Shown here: positions 18,438 through 27,703 of the stretch, one piece after another
How the letters are laid out: each line of letters opens with the position of its first letter
How positions within the stretch are numbered: the stretch's first letter is position 1
From: a candidate division WOR-3 bacterium
Lineage (GTDB): Bacteria; Hydrothermota; Tepidihabitantia; Tepidihabitantales; Tepidihabitantaceae
Reading direction: 5' to 3'
DNA: 57,244 bases
Assembly (NCBI GenBank): GCA_039801225.1
Contig: JBDRUH010000003.1
Span: forward strand, 1 to 57,244
The notes under the pieces: model-generated
What the model saw: only the letters and a program-made list of their open reading frames with translations
Databases searched by the model: none
Told to the model about the DNA's origin: nothing
Position numbers and translations under genes: made by a program

Positions 18438-19427
18438 CTAATTCCTCTTAGACCGGGGATGGGCTTTGTCATAAATTTTGCGTAGGCGTTCAATTGTCAG
18501 ATGGGTATAAATCTGAGTTGAGGAAAGGGAGGCGTGCCCTAAAAGTTCCTGAACCGCACGCAGGTCTGCTCCCCTTTCTAAGAGATGGGTCGCAAAAGCG
18601 TGGCGAAGCGCGTGAGGGTTGGTAGCGGTAATACCGGCAATACGATTTAGCGCCCGACGGACAATTTTCTGAACTGAACGGGTTGTAATTCTTTCTCCAC
18701 GGTTGTTCAAAAATACCGCTTTAGCCTGAGGGTAACCCCGCGCGGCAAGATATTCCTGAAGAGCCTCTTTTTCTTTTTTACCCATAGGAAGAATTCGTTC
18801 TTTGTTCCCTTTTCCCCAAACCCTGATGGTCTCCTGTTCAAAGTCAATGTCAGAAATGTTTAAGCCCACCAGTTCTGAGGCGCGTAAACCCGAACCATAG
18901 AGCGTCTCTAATATTGCCTTTTCTCGGATATAGGGCAAGGCTTTAGCCCTGCTTTCCCTTTCCTGATTTCCGTTTTCCGCCGACAGCCAACACCCGACAG
19001 CCGACTCCCATCTTGGTAGATCTTCGGCAAGCGCCTGGGTAACCTGAAACTGAGTTAAAAATGGTGGTAGTTTTCTGTCTCCTTTGGGGCTTTTAATTCC
19101 CCGTGCCGGAGAGTTTGCCAATTTGCCAATGTTCACCAGATAGCGGAAGAAGGATTTGATGGTTGATAGTTTCCGTGCGGCGCTTTTAGCGGTATAGCCA
19201 TAACGCATTACCGCACCTAAGAAGTCCCGAATATCCGAACGGCTGATAGCGCCAATAGACTTTTTCTTTAGTCGCTCGGTGCAAAAATCAAAGAACTGAA
19301 CAAGGTCAACCTGGTAAGAGCGAACCGTGTGTAAGGAATAACGCCGTTCCTTTTTCAGGTAGACAAGGAAATTTTCAATTGCCCGTTGATAATCAATAAT
19401 GCGACACCGAAGACCGTCTTCTGTCAT
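18438..19427 (-). CDS. xerC: Tyrosine recombinase XerC
   Basis: S..T..SY..DL, LYGSGLRASEL, GKGNKER, HALRHAFATHLL.GADLR.VQELLGH and TQIYTH motifs; repeat-derived insertion at 18980-19007. Confidence 0.9.
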   Translation of the reverse strand: MTEDGLRCRIIDYQRAIENFLVYLKKERRYSLHTVRSYQVDLVQFFDFCTERLKKKSIGAISRSDIRDFLGAVMRYGYTAKSAARKLSTIKSFFRYLVNIGKLANSPARGIKSPKGDRKLPPFLTQFQVTQALAEDLPRWESAVGCWLSAENGNQERESRAKALPYIREKAILETLYGSGLRASELVGLNISDIDFEQETIRVWGKGNKERILPMGKKEKEALQEYLAARGYPQAKAVFLNNRGERITTRSVQKIVRRALNRIAGITATNPHALRHAFATHLLERGADLRAVQELLGHASLSSTQIYTHLTIERLRKIYDKAHPRSKRN

Positions 19428-19440
19428 CGGTCTTTTTACC

Positions 19441-20085
19441 TTATTTCACAACCCCGAGCCAGTCGGACAAAAGGAATTGAAGCCTGCCGATAAAAAGGGA
19501 GATGCGTGCCATTACTGTGTAGCCGAATGAGGCACCAAAGCCGACCATAATGAAGATGATACCAGCATAACTCAATGGTTTTAGTACGCCCTTCCGCTCA
19601 GTGGAGAAAAAGAAGTAACTGATGGTGGCAAGAACGCCTAAAAGGATAATCACCGCCCATAATCCGGTATGCCAGTTAGCAAAGGAGGCGCGGGTAACGA
19701 CCGTCGCCTTTAACTGCCTGATGATTTGCGCATCTATTCCCCGCGGGATTGTTGCCCCGCAGGAGTAACCCAATACTATGGCAATTGGTATTCGGACAAG
19801 CCAGGACAATTTGGGTATAAAGCGGGTAAAATAAAGGGCACCGATAATAGCGATAGCAACAAGCCATATCTTTGTTGTGAGCGGAGTCTGGGCAGCACCT
19901 ACCCGGTCAAAAAGACTGGGGACAAGGATACGATGCCAGTAGAAGGTTATCGCATAGCCGTTGGCGATGCCAACATAGAGGTGTTCGGCAAAACGGTAAA
20001 AGGGGTTCTCCTTATAAAGAAATGAGAAAATTGCCAATGTCAAAATTGCTGCAATCCAAACCCAGGGGTCGGTTGAGATGTTCAT
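19441..20085 (-). CDS. Conserved uncharacterised multi-TM membrane protein (gene 4 of DUF6754 operon)
   Basis: About 6 hydrophobic helices; FSFLYKENP.YR.AEHLYVG and FG..FG.TVMARISL motifs; ATGA-coupled to upstream gene. Confidence 0.8.
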   Translation of the reverse strand: MNISTDPWVWIAAILTLAIFSFLYKENPFYRFAEHLYVGIANGYAITFYWHRILVPSLFDRVGAAQTPLTTKIWLVAIAIIGALYFTRFIPKLSWLVRIPIAIVLGYSCGATIPRGIDAQIIRQLKATVVTRASFANWHTGLWAVIILLGVLATISYFFFSTERKGVLKPLSYAGIIFIMVGFGASFGYTVMARISLFIGRLQFLLSDWLGVVK

Positions 20086-20978
20086 TTCCTTTTTCCCCTT
20101 GTGGCAAAATAGGCGATATTACCGAGGAGGATAAACCCCATAATTGCCAAATGGGCTGCGGTCTGAGACGACATCGCTTCAGTTCCGCGATTACGCAAAG
20201 CCCAGTCCATACCGTTTTTCTTCATCCGTTCGGCAACCAGTTGTTCATATTCCGCAGCCCCTTTCATCCCGGCAAGCATACCAATGAACTGCCCGGAGTT
20301 GACATAAGGGTAGAAGTCAGCCGCCGATACCGCGGTTATGCCGCAACTTAAGTTGACACCAAACTGAACTTGAGCAAAGTTAATCCAAGAAAGGGGGATT
20401 GCCGATGCTGCTATACTGGTGAGGATACCAATGTCGTCGTAGTTCTTGATGTGGCGCATTACTGGCAAACTTTCGGTCCTGTTGCCGTAATAATCAACCG
20501 GAAAGACATTGGTAATACGCTCCCCCATTCCGAGCATCACTGTTAAAACCGGGGTGGTCCAACCCCAGAACACATAATCTTCACCATAGATGACCGAATC
20601 CTCATGGGTTAAGGCATGGGCATTGAATTCTGCTGTAACCTCTCGAATCGCCTCTTCACCTAAACCGAGACCATATACCGATATGGCGAGTATTCCTACC
20701 CGGCGTTTAATCGCAAAGGCGTGGCGCAATAGAGCAACAACCATTGGCTGGAGTTCGGCTCTGGTATCCGGAGTAAAGTCTACGGAAATAACCAGCGCCT
20801 TGTTTTCCGGCATCGTGTCAATGTAGTTGAATAACTGCTGAACCGGCGGAGTGGGTTTGGGCTGAATCCGGAAGGGAAAAATCAAAGGTAACATAATCAC
20901 TAGCCAGAGAATGAGGTAAATATAGCGTCGGTCAATTCGCAGAAGGTGAACAAGAATATTTTCTCTCGGTTCACTCAT
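20082..20978 (-). CDS. Conserved uncharacterised membrane protein, TM-alpha/beta-TM (gene 3 of DUF6754 operon)
   Basis: DRR.IY N-terminal TM; YGEDYV..G and G...GMKGAAEYE motifs; C-terminal TM. Confidence 0.8.
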   Translation of the reverse strand: MSEPRENILVHLLRIDRRYIYLILWLVIMLPLIFPFRIQPKPTPPVQQLFNYIDTMPENKALVISVDFTPDTRAELQPMVVALLRHAFAIKRRVGILAISVYGLGLGEEAIREVTAEFNAHALTHEDSVIYGEDYVFWGWTTPVLTVMLGMGERITNVFPVDYYGNRTESLPVMRHIKNYDDIGILTSIAASAIPLSWINFAQVQFGVNLSCGITAVSAADFYPYVNSGQFIGMLAGMKGAAEYEQLVAERMKKNGMDWALRNRGTEAMSSQTAAHLAIMGFILLGNIAYFATRGKRK

Positions 20979-21643
20979 TTACCACCCCCACCCAACCAGC
21001 CCCGCTCAATGCCCAGAATGATTTTAAGCGAAGTGGCAAAAATCCCCAGTTCAACTCCAAACAAAATTCCCCGTTTTGAAGCGGTATTGGGCACAGCGAG
21101 AATCCATTCGGCAAATGCCGGCAACTGACGGTGGATAATTCTGCCCAAAGGCACCGAGCCAAGCATCAAAATAAAAGCGGCAAGCAAAAGCAGGGTTGCC
21201 TCAAGGTTGCGGGCACGGAAGGCACGGTAAGCGGCAGAGGACATAAAGAAGGCTAAAAGGGAGAACATTGTTGCGGCAAGTGGCACCATCATATTGGAGT
21301 AAAGCGTCTGAATATGAAAAGAGAAGTTACCAATCCGGGTTGGCAAAATCCCGGGACGGGAAACATCAATGCCACCAAATAAACCGATGATGGCGGTAAT
21401 AACCAAAGCGACAATTGTAATGTAACTGTAGGACCAGAACTGCGCCTTTCGTCTAATCTTCAAAAGATGGTGCTGGACGATAGAACCCACGCCCAGGACC
21501 AAACTGAATGCGGCAATTATGCGATTAACATCGTTGCGCATTGTCTCATCAGCCGCGCGGATGGCAGGGTGAGGCACAAAGAAGGCAACCGCACCAAAAA
21601 TGCCGGTTAAGAGGACGATAAGCAAAGGGATGCGCCGTTTCAT
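20975..21643 (-). CDS. Conserved uncharacterised multi-TM membrane protein (gene 2 of DUF6754 operon)
   Basis: ATMFSLLAFF..SAAYRAFRAR and PN....RGI..G...G....LKIILGIE motifs. Confidence 0.8.
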   Translation of the reverse strand: MKRRIPLLIVLLTGIFGAVAFFVPHPAIRAADETMRNDVNRIIAAFSLVLGVGSIVQHHLLKIRRKAQFWSYSYITIVALVITAIIGLFGGIDVSRPGILPTRIGNFSFHIQTLYSNMMVPLAATMFSLLAFFMSSAAYRAFRARNLEATLLLLAAFILMLGSVPLGRIIHRQLPAFAEWILAVPNTASKRGILFGVELGIFATSLKIILGIERGWLGGGGK

Positions 21644-21644
21644 A

Positions 21645-22727
21645 TTACAACCATTTCAGAACCGGTAGATTAAAGCCTAAGGCAAGGATGGTTAAAATAA
21701 GAATAAGAAAGGTTATAAGCGCCTTGGTGTAGTCCTGCCCTTTGATAGCACCAAGGAGTAGCGGCTCGCGCGAGATATAGGCGCTGGCAGCATAAAGCTC
21801 CTCGCCAATCAGGGTGTAGTCACAGGCAGTAATAAAGAACGGCAACTGGGCAATGGCGTCAGTGCCGGCAATCTGAATCGCACCGGTCGCAGCCCCGGTT
21901 TCGGCAAGGATTAATGACTCTGCCCAGAACATCCCGATGAGGAAGTTTGTTGCTGGCTGCTCCCGGGTCATAATGCCATCAACCGCCGCGGCAAAGGCAA
22001 ACTGCTGGTCGGTGACAAAGAAGACAATGTCCTGATGAAAAGCATCAGGTCTCCCTGCGGTTGTGTAGGATTCCTTAACAACTTCGCGGGCAACTGTATA
22101 GACAATCGGATCCGCCACCGGAACAATCAAGGGTGTGCCGAACTGAGCGGTCTTTTTGGCAACCTCACCTAAGATGTTGAGCGAAGCGATGGTAGCAACA
22201 TCAGCCATTGATGAAAGTCCTGGCACATAGAGCGTTGCCCTGCCCATTTCAGTTGCCCTGCCAAGAGCCTCTTCTACCGCATCCAAACCGGCGATACGCC
22301 GGATAAAAAGCCCTTTATCCCTTTTTGCCCGGTTGATAAAATAAACAAAGATAAAACTGAAGAGCAATGTACCCACGAGCGCCGGGAGGGTGGTCAGGTC
22401 AAACCAGTGGGGAATGGCAAATGCGTAATCAGAAGGTTCTGAAACGGCGGTTTCGCTTTCTGAATGGGCAAGGATCTGGTAGCGGTAATGAATCCGGTTT
22501 TCCGCTTGGTCATCAGTGTAGCGGTTGGCAAGTCTCCCCAGAAAGGCAAGCGTCTCCCATTCTTCGGAACCCTTTTTCTGCCGGAGAACCTGATAGCCCA
22601 ATACATTAGGGTCATTAGACCTCTGCCAGACGACAAGAATTTTTCCCCCTTCATCATTGGGGACATCCCTCGCGCACACCGCCTCGGGCGGAGATATAGA
22701 GGTTAAAAAAAGGAATAGCGGTAACAC
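21645..22727 (-). CDS. Fibronectin type III + DUF6754-like membrane protein (gene 1 of operon)
   Basis: Signal peptide; Fn3 domain (D.PND.G..I...W...Y.Y); IRRIAGLDA.EEA.GRATEMG and LIGEELYAASAY motifs. Family name is from recall. Confidence 0.78.
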   Translation of the reverse strand: MLPLFLFLTSISPPEAVCARDVPNDEGGKILVVWQRSNDPNVLGYQVLRQKKGSEEWETLAFLGRLANRYTDDQAENRIHYRYQILAHSESETAVSEPSDYAFAIPHWFDLTTLPALVGTLLFSFIFVYFINRAKRDKGLFIRRIAGLDAVEEALGRATEMGRATLYVPGLSSMADVATIASLNILGEVAKKTAQFGTPLIVPVADPIVYTVAREVVKESYTTAGRPDAFHQDIVFFVTDQQFAFAAAVDGIMTREQPATNFLIGMFWAESLILAETGAATGAIQIAGTDAIAQLPFFITACDYTLIGEELYAASAYISREPLLLGAIKGQDYTKALITFLILILTILALGFNLPVLKWL

Positions 22728-22736
22728 TACTTTAAG

Positions 22737-22764
22737 ATTTTATTAACTTCATTTCTGATGTCAA
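22737..22764 (-). promoter_or_regulatory. Sigma70 promoter TTGACA-16-TAAAAT, 9 nt before GTG 22727
   Basis: Reverse complement of tgtcaa 22759-22764 and atttta 22737-22742. Confidence 0.65.
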
Positions 22765-22843
22765 TATATGGTTTTAGTTGTTTGTTTTTGTTTTTTGGAT
22801 AAACTAAGAAACACAACGGTAAAGTTTAAAAAGGAGTTTAAAA

Positions 22844-23206
22844 ATGAGGTTTTTTGTTTTTCTCTCTTCAGTTGTCATTTTAGTATCTATTGTTTCTTCC
22901 CCAGGCTGCTTTAGAAACTCTCCTCCAGAAAAGCCGATTTTATTGGGACCGGACACCGCTAAAGTCGGTGATACAATATCTATCCGGGTTTACACAATTG
23001 ATCCGGAGGACCAGGTGGTAAGTTATAAAGTTGAGTGGGGCGATACTACCACACCGGTCTGGTCTTTCTTCTTCCCCTCCGGCGAAACAATCATCCGGAC
23101 TCATATTTATTATTCCCCGGGCGTTTACCCGGTAAGAACAAAAGCAAAAGATATTGACCGGGGCGAGTCAGACTGGTCCGATACTTTAAAACTTAAGATA
23201 AATTAA
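22844..23206 (+). CDS. Small PKD/Ig-like domain lipoprotein
   Basis: Signal peptide with PGC; DPE.Q..SY..EWGD and H.Y..PG.Y....KAKD..G.ESDWS PKD pattern; AAGGAG SD. Confidence 0.75.
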   Translation: MRFFVFLSSVVILVSIVSSPGCFRNSPPEKPILLGPDTAKVGDTISIRVYTIDPEDQVVSYKVEWGDTTTPVWSFFFPSGETIIRTHIYYSPGVYPVRTKAKDIDRGESDWSDTLKLKIN

Positions 23207-24212
23207 CCGCCAGCTGACCGCAGCCGGCGCTGATTCTCGCTCCTCTACTCTGACGAATCGTTACCGCCGGAAGGTAAGGATAAAGGATATGGGCAAAATT
23301 CTCTACTGAGCGAAGTGTTGGCGGCTTAAATTCCGAGCCGGGAATCGGGTTATAGGGGATAAGATTGATTTTGCATGGGATATCTCTTAAAATAGTTACC
23401 AAACGAAGCGCATCTTCTCTCAGGTTGTTCACCCCATCAATCAAAACATATTCAAAAGTTACCCGGCGCTTCGTCTTTTCCACATAATAACGCACCGCAG
23501 AAAAGAGCCTCTTGAGAGGGTAACGGTTATTGATAGGCATAAGCCGAGAGCGGACAGCATCGGTAGTGGCATTAAGCGAAACCGCTAACCGAACTTGGTA
23601 GGGAAATTCGGCAACCTGATGAATCCCTTCTGGAATTCCTGCAGTAGAAACGGTTATCCGCCGGGCACCAATCTTCAGACCGTAATTGGAGTTAATTGTC
23701 CTTATCGCCTCTGCCACCTCTTGCCAATTAAACAACGGTTCACCCATCCCCATAAATACCACATTAGTAGGTGCCAATTTCATCTCTCTGCCAACCGCCT
23801 GGATTTGCTCAACAATCTCATACCAGGCTAGATTCCTCTTGAACCCCATACGGGCAGTAGCGCAAAATCTACAGCCCAATGAACAACCAACTTGAGTGGA
23901 TACACACACTGTCCGACGGTTCTGGTCAATAATAAATACCGACTCAACCAACAAGCCATCTTTTAAAGGAAAGGTAAATTTTGTGGTCTGGTCAGCACTC
24001 TCCCGACGCCGCTCAGGAACGAGATGGCTGATATGGTATTCTTTTCTGAGCCGGTCCCGGAACTCTTTGCTTAAATTGGTCATCTCATCAAAACTATTAA
24101 CCCCCTTTTGCCAGAGCCAGAGAAACACCTGCTGAGCACGATATTTCTCCCAGGACAACTTTGCACCAATTTCTTTTAACTCTTCAAAGGTAAAGCTTTT
24201 AATGTCGGTCAC
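23193..24212 (-). CDS. rlmN: 23S rRNA m2A2503 methyltransferase
   Basis: CVSTQVGCSLGCRFC, MGMGEP, EYVLI.GVN and GCGQL motifs. Confidence 0.97.
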   Translation of the reverse strand: MTDIKSFTFEELKEIGAKLSWEKYRAQQVFLWLWQKGVNSFDEMTNLSKEFRDRLRKEYHISHLVPERRRESADQTTKFTFPLKDGLLVESVFIIDQNRRTVCVSTQVGCSLGCRFCATARMGFKRNLAWYEIVEQIQAVGREMKLAPTNVVFMGMGEPLFNWQEVAEAIRTINSNYGLKIGARRITVSTAGIPEGIHQVAEFPYQVRLAVSLNATTDAVRSRLMPINNRYPLKRLFSAVRYYVEKTKRRVTFEYVLIDGVNNLREDALRLVTILRDIPCKINLIPYNPIPGSEFKPPTLRSVENFAHILYPYLPAVTIRQSRGARISAGCGQLAVNLS

Positions 24213-24229
24213 ACCAATTTCGGCTTAAT

Positions 24230-25405
24230 CTATTCGGGGCGGAGACCAACATTAAGGACAATACCCACCATAATTGCCGAAACCACCAAAGATGACCCAC
24301 CATAACTGATAAAGGGAAGGGTGATACCGGTTATTGGTAACAGCCCTAAAAGCATGCCGATGTTCACAAAGATATGATACAGGAAAATCGCTCCAAAGCC
24401 AACGCAGATTAATGCCCCCTCTTGGTCACGGGTGGCATAGGCGACCTGAAGAATCTGCCGAAGGAAAAGGGTAAATATACCAAGAAGAACAAGACAACCT
24501 ATCAAACCGGTCTCCTCGGCAAACGATGAGAAGATGAAATCGGTATGGCGATTTGGTAAGAAACCAAGTCTTTTTTGAGTGCCGGAAAGGTAGCCTTTGC
24601 CAAAGATTCTGCCTGACCCGATCGCAATCTGCGACTGAATCGCATTCCAACCGAGACCGTGCGGGTCAAGCCAAGGGGCAAAGAAACTTGCCACCCGGGC
24701 ACGCTGGTAGTCTTTTAAATGGGAGAGAACAACGGGCGAGAGAAGCCCGAATACCGAGGCGACCGCTAAGGCAATGATTGCCCGGGACAAGGGAAGGCGC
24801 AGAAACACAATAACGGCAAGAATGATGAAGAACGGCACCCAGAGGTAAAGAGAAAATCCGGCAACAAATGAAAAAAGGGGCATAAATAACAAAAGGATAT
24901 GAAGAGGACTCAAACCCTGCCAGTATAACATCGCCGCAAATGCCGGGAGAAGACTAAGCGCGCTACCAAGGTCCGGTTCAATAAGAATTAAAAATAGCGG
25001 TATGATAATGATAAGCGCCGGCAGGGCGATGGTGTTAAAGTTGAGTTTGAGCGAACGTTTGTAACTTATGTATTTTGCTAACATTAAAACTGTGGCAATT
25101 TTAGCAAACTCTGAAGGCTGAAACGATATTTCGCCAAACGAGAACCAGCGCCGTGCCCCAGGACCACCTCCTAACAAAAGAACGCCAATAAGAAGAAGAA
25201 GAGTGAAAAGATAAATAATTTCTGTTATACCATAAAGAATATGTCGGCGCAGAAATATCGCACCAATCAGTCCGCCAAAAGCAACTGGAATAAAAAGTAA
25301 CTGTTTAATAAAATAGCGGCTGCCTCCTGCTGAATAGATGGCAAAAAGACCAACCGCAATTAAAATGACGGTATAAAGGATTAGCGACAAATCCTTAGTT
25401 TTCAT
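24230..25405 (-). CDS. rodA: Rod shape-determining protein RodA (likely start ATG 25405)
   Basis: GARRW, QPSEFAK, EPDLG, Q..IAIGSG, LP..HTDFIF and GITLPFISYGGSS motifs. Confidence 0.95.
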   Translation of the reverse strand: MKTKDLSLILYTVILIAVGLFAIYSAGGSRYFIKQLLFIPVAFGGLIGAIFLRRHILYGITEIIYLFTLLLLIGVLLLGGGPGARRWFSFGEISFQPSEFAKIATVLMLAKYISYKRSLKLNFNTIALPALIIIIPLFLILIEPDLGSALSLLPAFAAMLYWQGLSPLHILLLFMPLFSFVAGFSLYLWVPFFIILAVIVFLRLPLSRAIIALAVASVFGLLSPVVLSHLKDYQRARVASFFAPWLDPHGLGWNAIQSQIAIGSGRIFGKGYLSGTQKRLGFLPNRHTDFIFSSFAEETGLIGCLVLLGIFTLFLRQILQVAYATRDQEGALICVGFGAIFLYHIFVNIGMLLGLLPITGITLPFISYGGSSLVVSAIMVGIVLNVGLRPE

Positions 25406-27209
25406 TTGGCTGTAGACTGAAATAGGCACGGATGAGTTCACCAACGATGGGCGCTGCAACCGCACCACCGTGCCCGGCATTTTCTACTACTACGGCAAAT
25501 ACCACCTCCGGAGAATCAGCCGGGGCATAACCAACAAACCAGGAATGGTCCGGTCGGGGCGGGTTTTGGGCGGTTCCGGTCTTGCCGGCAATGGTAATTT
25601 CCTTTCGGTAGGCACCTCTGCCGGTGCCATACTCAACAACCCGGGTAAGCGCCTTCTTTACCTCCTGAACATCTAAATCATTTAAAGCGGTATTATATAC
25701 CCTGGGCTGACGCTGGAAAACTGTTTTACCAAGAGAGTCAATCCGAGTTACAAGATAAGGTGTCGCATACCAGCCGCCGTTGGCTAAAATCGCATAAATA
25801 ACCGCAAGTTGCAGTGGGGTAACAAGGATTTCACCCTGACCAATGGCAAAATTGAGCATCACTCCCCGGGTCCACTTTCCCTTACCATAGCGTCGGTCAA
25901 GAAACTCCTTTGAAGGTATATTACCGGGGTTCTCGCCCGGAATATCAATTCCGGTTGGCTTCCCCAAACCCAGTTGCCGGCAGAAAAGAGCCAAACTGTC
26001 TAAGTTCAACCGCATTCCCAACTGATAAAAGTAGGTGTTGCAAGACTGCTCAATTGCGCCTAAAAGGTTAAGTTTTCCATGAACGCTCCAGCATTTGTAT
26101 GTGCGGTTGCCATAGCGGAGTGAACCGGTGCAAGGATTAAGAGTCGTTTGAGAGGTTACCATCCCTTCCTTTAGCGCCGCCAAGGCGACAATCGGTTTAA
26201 ATGTGCTTCCTGGCGGATAACTGGATGAAATAGCCCGGTTGAAGAACGGTTTAGAGGGGCTCTTAACCAGCGAGTCCCAAATGTTAGGGTCCAAAGGTGC
26301 AAGGAAAATATTAGGGTCAAAATCGGGACGGGAAAAAAGGCAGAGAACCTCGCCAGTTTTTATTAGAATTCCCACTACTGCAGCACGCTCATAATTTTTG
26401 GTTAGTTCTGAAGCGAGTTCTTGAAGACGGTGGTCAATGGAAAGGTAGATATCACAGCCATTGATAGGAAGTTCTGGTCTTTTTTCCGTTATCGGTCCTA
26501 TTTCTCTACCCCGAACATCAACCTCAACAAATTGATAACCATTTTTCCCCCGGAGATATTTTTCATAACTCGCCTCAATTCCATTTCTTCCGATAAGATC
26601 CAAAGGGCGATAGGAACTGTCTCGGGCAAGTTCTTGCTCGTTAACCTCGCCGAGATGTCCAATCAAATGAGCATATAATCTACCATAAATATAATTCCGC
26701 ACCGGGTCTATCCGCACTAAAACACCCGGAAGTCGGAAGTTATTTTCCTCAATCCGGGCAACCGTGATAAAGCCAACATTTCGGCAGATATCCACCGGCG
26801 CTGGAAAAAGAGCAAGTGGCTTTAGACGATTTTTAAGGAGCTCAACGGGTTGATGAATTAAAGATGCCAATAATGAAAGCACACTATCGTTGGTTTCGGT
26901 GGGAATTACCGCAATGGTAAAAGAGGGACGGGTGTCGGCAAGAAGGATGCCGTTGCGGTCAAATATTCTACCTCGGGAGGCGGGTAATAGAATTTTACGA
27001 ATCCGATTGCTTTCACTTAATCGCGCATAACGGGCGCCACGAATGACCTGTAATTGAACCAGACGCAAACTTAGAATGCCGAAAAGAATCAAAACAATCA
27101 GGCTGATTGCCTTGCTCTGCCTGCCCCGAGCGAACAGACCCGAATCGGGCGCTTCGGTCGGAATGACGGAGCCGAGGGGCTGGGTCAGACGTCTCAAGCG
27201 CATCTTCAT
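25395..27209 (-). CDS. mrdA: Penicillin-binding protein 2
   Basis: RG.I.DRNG, PGSTFK (SxxK), SCN and KTGTAQ motifs; lies in the mre operon. Confidence 0.96.
   Translation of the reverse strand: MKMRLRRLTQPLGSVIPTEAPDSGLFARGRQSKAISLIVLILFGILSLRLVQLQVIRGARYARLSESNRIRKILLPASRGRIFDRNGILLADTRPSFTIAVIPTETNDSVLSLLASLIHQPVELLKNRLKPLALFPAPVDICRNVGFITVARIEENNFRLPGVLVRIDPVRNYIYGRLYAHLIGHLGEVNEQELARDSSYRPLDLIGRNGIEASYEKYLRGKNGYQFVEVDVRGREIGPITEKRPELPINGCDIYLSIDHRLQELASELTKNYERAAVVGILIKTGEVLCLFSRPDFDPNIFLAPLDPNIWDSLVKSPSKPFFNRAISSSYPPGSTFKPIVALAALKEGMVTSQTTLNPCTGSLRYGNRTYKCWSVHGKLNLLGAIEQSCNTYFYQLGMRLNLDSLALFCRQLGLGKPTGIDIPGENPGNIPSKEFLDRRYGKGKWTRGVMLNFAIGQGEILVTPLQLAVIYAILANGGWYATPYLVTRIDSLGKTVFQRQPRVYNTALNDLDVQEVKKALTRVVEYGTGRGAYRKEITIAGKTGTAQNPPRPDHSWFVGYAPADSPEVVFAVVVENAGHGGAVAAPIVGELIRAYFSLQPNEN
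27117..27181 (-). repeat. Palindromic-element module in frame in the PBP2 N-terminal tail (PLGSVIPTEAPDSGLFARGR)
   Basis: Reverse complement cccctcggctccgtcattccga...gcccgattcgggtctgttcgctcggggcaggc matches modules at 31326-31410, 48537-48560 and 18092-18108. Confidence 0.85.
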
Positions 27210-27220
27210 TTGTCCTCTGT

Positions 27221-27700
27221 CTACCCTCGGTTGCCGGCTCTCGGCTGTCGTCCGTTGGCGGTATAGAACAACCGCCGGATTAGTGGCTCAGCAAAAGGCG
27301 ATAGGAGCAATGTCAAACCAGTAGAAATCAGCAGTCGGCTGTCGGCTATCAGCTGTCGACCGGATATAGCACCAGCGACAGTTTGAAATGCCAGATTAAG
27401 ACCAATTGCAACAATAGTAAAAAGGGTAACATTCCAGAAGTTCCGATAAAACAGGTTGTGCAACTTAGCGACGCCATAGCCAATTAAAGATAAGGTAAAC
27501 GCATAGATACCAAAGGTGGTGGGCGAAGTGAAATCAAGGCAGATTCCGGCAAAGGTGCCTAATAATGTGGCGATGATTTGACCTTCATAAAGAGCAAAGA
27601 CGATAACCGCTAAAAGCAGCAGGTGCGGCCCTACAGGTAAAAAAACCGTCTGGATGATAAACAAAAGATACAAAAAGAAAAAGGCAAAAGGTGTTCGCAA
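27221..27700 (-). CDS. mreD: Rod shape-determining protein MreD (heptamer inserts at 27226-27260 and 27327-27361)
   Basis: Hydrophobic; G..AG..LD......FG motif; lies between mreC and mrdA. Confidence 0.85.
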   Translation of the reverse strand: MRTPFAFFFLYLLFIIQTVFLPVGPHLLLLAVIVFALYEGQIIATLLGTFAGICLDFTSPTTFGIYAFTLSLIGYGVAKLHNLFYRNFWNVTLFTIVAIGLNLAFQTVAGAISGRQLIADSRLLISTGLTLLLSPFAEPLIRRLFYTANGRQPRAGNRG

Positions 27701-27703
27701 CTT

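Noticed and set aside
18438..19427. Prophage or island integrase
   Set aside because: Motifs match housekeeping XerC; no att/tRNA site or mobile cargo, and it is coupled to a chromosomal operon.
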